Assembly (NCBI GenBank): GCA_013360215.1
Contig: JABWCP010000008.1
Span: 124,001 to 174,888, forward strand
Reading direction: 5' to 3'
DNA from: a bacterium
Lineage (GTDB): Bacteria > CLD3 > SB21
Length of the DNA: 50,888 nt
How positions within the stretch are numbered: position 1 is the first letter of the stretch; each line of letters begins with the position of its first letter. Below the pieces are notes generated by a model. The model had not been told where the DNA came from. It searched no databases and saw only the letters and a list, made by a program, of their open reading frames with translations. The position numbers and the translations under genes are program-made. Shown here one piece after another: positions 48,187-50,888 of the stretch.

Positions 48187-49362
48187 ATGCGTACTACACT
48201 TAATCTATGGATGTTTTGTAGTTTAGTTTTTCTTGGATGTGATTCACACTCTAAAAAAAACCAACACGAAATCATACCACCTGCTGAAACGGAAATAGCC
48301 GTTAGCGGATTGACGACGGATGAGCAAGCAATTCATGACGATGGACGTGAGTTATTTTTTACAAAATTCACTATTGATGATGGTTTGGGGCCTTTTTTTG
48401 CCGAACAATCATGCGGGCTGTGCCATGAAGGTGCAGGGCGCGGGCCGGGTAAAGTACTGCGCATAGGGCGAACTACGAATGGCTCATTTGATCCGATGGC
48501 TGAATTTGGCGGTCCAACAATACAATTTCGTACTGCACTTGAAAATCGCGTACCGGAAACAGTTCCTCCGGAGGCTCAGTTTGTCAATTTTCGAGTCGCT
48601 CCTCCTATGTGGGGCAGAGGGTTTATCCAGGAAATACCGGCGGAAACAATTGTCGCCAACGCTGATCCTAATGATGCCGATGCCGATGGTATCTCAGGAC
48701 GCGCCAACTATATCATCATGAGTTTCGTTGATTCACCTACGCATCCTGAACTGGGGCGTCACGGCATAAAAGCACAAATGTCGCGAATTCTGGACTTTGC
48801 AGATAATGCTTTTTTACATGACCTCGGAATGACATCGCCTATGCGTCCGTACGAGTTAGTTAATCCGAATGCACGCGATGCCAAAGATAAAAAATCAGGA
48901 GTGGACATCCGTCACGACGATGTAGAGAAGGTAGATTTTTTTATCCGCACTAGTGATTTCCCGCCTATGTTGCCGGAAACAGGAAACATACCTGCCGGAA
49001 AAACACTATTTAGCACGATAGGCTGTAACAAATGCCATATTCCCGCTATGACTACCGGTGCATCTGAAATCGCTGCATTAAGTAATAAAACGGTGTTTTT
49101 TTATTCCGATTTCCTATTGCATGATATGGGTCAAGCTCTTTCTGACGGCGTATTGGACGGAGATGCTAAACCGCAAGAGTTTAAGACACCCACGCTCCGC
49201 GGCCTTCGTTTCTTTAAAGACTTTCTGCATGATGGGCGCGCTAAAAGCACCGATGAAGCGATACGCATGCATGGCGGTGAAGCGACATCCGTTCGCGATA
49301 ACTTCATCGGACTGACACAGGACGATCGTGATGCAATCATTGCATTTTTGAATTCTCTATAG
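48187..49362 (+). CDS. Di-haem oxidoreductase (DHOR-like) lipoprotein
   Basis: Lipobox FLGC; CGLCH and CNKCH haem motifs; GLGP, DPNDADADGISGR, LLHDMG, LHDGRA and HGGEA. Confidence 0.88.
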   Translation: MRTTLNLWMFCSLVFLGCDSHSKKNQHEIIPPAETEIAVSGLTTDEQAIHDDGRELFFTKFTIDDGLGPFFAEQSCGLCHEGAGRGPGKVLRIGRTTNGSFDPMAEFGGPTIQFRTALENRVPETVPPEAQFVNFRVAPPMWGRGFIQEIPAETIVANADPNDADADGISGRANYIIMSFVDSPTHPELGRHGIKAQMSRILDFADNAFLHDLGMTSPMRPYELVNPNARDAKDKKSGVDIRHDDVEKVDFFIRTSDFPPMLPETGNIPAGKTLFSTIGCNKCHIPAMTTGASEIAALSNKTVFFYSDFLLHDMGQALSDGVLDGDAKPQEFKTPTLRGLRFFKDFLHDGRAKSTDEAIRMHGGEATSVRDNFIGLTQDDRDAIIAFLNSL

Positions 49363-49379
49363 ATAGAACAGGACTACTT

Positions 49380-50423
49380 ATGAATCCTATCAGATCATTG
49401 TTGGTACTTCTTATTACTATGCTGGTTACTCTGTCTTCATGTGAAGGCCCTGAAAGCGGAACATTCAGCGGAATTTATTTTGGCAGGCCCCCTCGCAAAT
49501 TGCGCGATGGGCAAGGCTACTTCGAAATGTGGCTTGGTTTCCCCAAAACCGGTGGCGGCAAAGAGTGGGTAAGTATTTTAAAGTTTGATCGTGTAGAAAG
49601 CACGAATAAACCTTTTTTGAACAACAAAGCGGCAACTCTCAAAAAACCTGATCGTGATCTCAGCGATGCCGTTTCAGCGGCGATTTCTATAGAACTTGAA
49701 AACGATCCAGATCCGGCTATGCCCAACAGGATATTCATGAGCGGAGAATTCTCAAATGGTGTTGCTTCTTTGGAACTCAGCGGTGAAGACGCGTTGAATT
49801 TGGATCTCAGTGATCCGGCTGTAATTAGCGGAAAATTTGTACTTGGAACACCATCTGATACAATAAACGATAACGACGATAGCGGAGTTTGGTTTGTTGA
49901 TGCGCCCTTTGGCCAACCACAAAATCCGGGACTGTCACTCCCCACTTTGCCTAACGGCTTTAAATATGAAGCTTGGATTGCTACCCAATCAGAAACAGTA
50001 TGTATTTCAACCGGTCAATTTAAACGCGCCGACAGCATGGATTATAACGGTACAGGGCCCAACGGAGGTAATACACCTACACCCAATGTTCCAGGAGAAG
50101 ATCTTGTTTATGATCAATTCAATGTAGACGTTCAGGGTCGGACTGTTGATGTTTCAGTCCAAGAAGCCTATCTTGACACATTTGCGTTTCCGATAAGAAT
50201 TCAAAAAACTATTCAGAAAAACCCTTTGACAAACGCCAAAGATTATTGGGATGTAGTAGTATCTGTTGAGCCGGATCCCGATAATGATCCTGAAGAGCCT
50301 TTTGCGGTTTTCCCGTTGGTTAAATTTGGTCCTATATTTGAGTCCGTCAACACGGTAATCCCTTTGACTAATTTTACGGGTGGTGTTTCCCAATACGTTG
50401 TCATTGATTTGTCAAAATTGTAG
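49380..50423 (+). CDS. Hypothetical lipoprotein
   Basis: Lipobox LSSC; internal repeat of ISIELENDPDP / VSVEPDPDNDP; LPTLPNGFKYEAW. Confidence 0.75.
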   Translation: MNPIRSLLVLLITMLVTLSSCEGPESGTFSGIYFGRPPRKLRDGQGYFEMWLGFPKTGGGKEWVSILKFDRVESTNKPFLNNKAATLKKPDRDLSDAVSAAISIELENDPDPAMPNRIFMSGEFSNGVASLELSGEDALNLDLSDPAVISGKFVLGTPSDTINDNDDSGVWFVDAPFGQPQNPGLSLPTLPNGFKYEAWIATQSETVCISTGQFKRADSMDYNGTGPNGGNTPTPNVPGEDLVYDQFNVDVQGRTVDVSVQEAYLDTFAFPIRIQKTIQKNPLTNAKDYWDVVVSVEPDPDNDPEEPFAVFPLVKFGPIFESVNTVIPLTNFTGGVSQYVVIDLSKL

Positions 50424-50674
50424 ACTTTTTTGTTATAGGCGACAGCTCTCTAAAACATTTTCATAGATTAATTAAATTGAGCTTTAAATTTGGGCTATAT
50501 TTGTCGGCATTAGTCGGCAGTAGCAATTGAGTAATTCGATCCAATTTTAGGACGTGCGACATTACAAATATCGTTTGTATGTTCTACGAGAATTGGTATA
50601 GACTCCACTTCCCCGTTGCTTATCCCGCGCAATATTCATAAAATAGTTTCCGAATAATTAACTTTGTTACATTT

Positions 50675-50888
50675 ATGCCCATCATAGCGCCTTCTATTTT
50701 ATCGGCCGATTTTGCCAACCTTTCGCGGGATATTCGCATCGCCGAAGAATCCGGTGCGGATTGGATTCACGTCGATGTGATGGACGGACGTTTTGTACCT
50801 AATATTACGATCGGTCCGGTGGTCGTCGAACATCTCCGTAAAATCACCAAACTTCCGCTGGATGTTCATCTTATGATCGTCGAACCCG
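50675..50888 (+). CDS. rpe: Ribulose-phosphate 3-epimerase, N-terminal part (runs off the window end)
   Basis: Not in the ORF track. Manual translation: [16 protein letters not shown]...[18 protein letters not shown]...[11 protein letters not shown]. Confidence 0.97.
   Translation, partial: MPIIAPSILSADFANLSRDIRIAEESGADWIHVDVMDGRFVPNITIGPVVVEHLRKITKLPLDVHLMIVEP

Noticed and set aside
47836-50455. IS-like inverted ends (GGAGGCCGGTTGCAAAA ... GCGACAGCTCTC) around the DHOR pair
   Set aside because: The match is too poor, with no target duplication and no transposase.

Overview
Bacterial chromosomal segment, probably FCB-superphylum-like (inferred from DUF4292/TPR lipoproteins, a T9SS-like C-terminal sorting domain and a DUF6588-like protein). 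The housekeeping backbone comprises partial lhr, truA, fabI, rsmF-like, priA, smpB, xseB, yraN, dacB, ftsB, eno, a polyprenyl synthase, msrB and partial rpe. Three visibly AT-richer accessory blocks interrupt it. (1) About 1.4-5.7 kb: a three-lipoprotein cassette with no integrase, bounded by a 30/31-bp direct repeat that duplicates the first codons of a CGNR zinc-finger regulator. The distal copy still has its own ATG. The cassette leader holds a 9-bp tandem repeat (about 10 copies) and a perfect 31-bp palindrome. (2) About 7.1-9.9 kb: an intact controller / C5-methyltransferase / endonuclease type II RM operon with a tandem C-box-like operator. (3) About 18.0-20.15 kb, directly behind smpB: a decayed RM locus whose methyltransferase breaks off at an 8-bp tandem repeat, leaving an orphan nuclease. 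Other notable items are a receiver-domain PEP-synthase-like protein translationally coupled to a V4R/GAF histidine kinase, a dispersed CGCAAAG/CTTTGCG palindromic repeat family, a sigma54-type promoter architecture, a wHTH-VanZ-CreD operon with an operator, and a di-haem lipoprotein pair. No rRNA, tRNA, CRISPR array, integrase or transposase was recognised. All family assignments come from motif recognition by eye, not from database searches.
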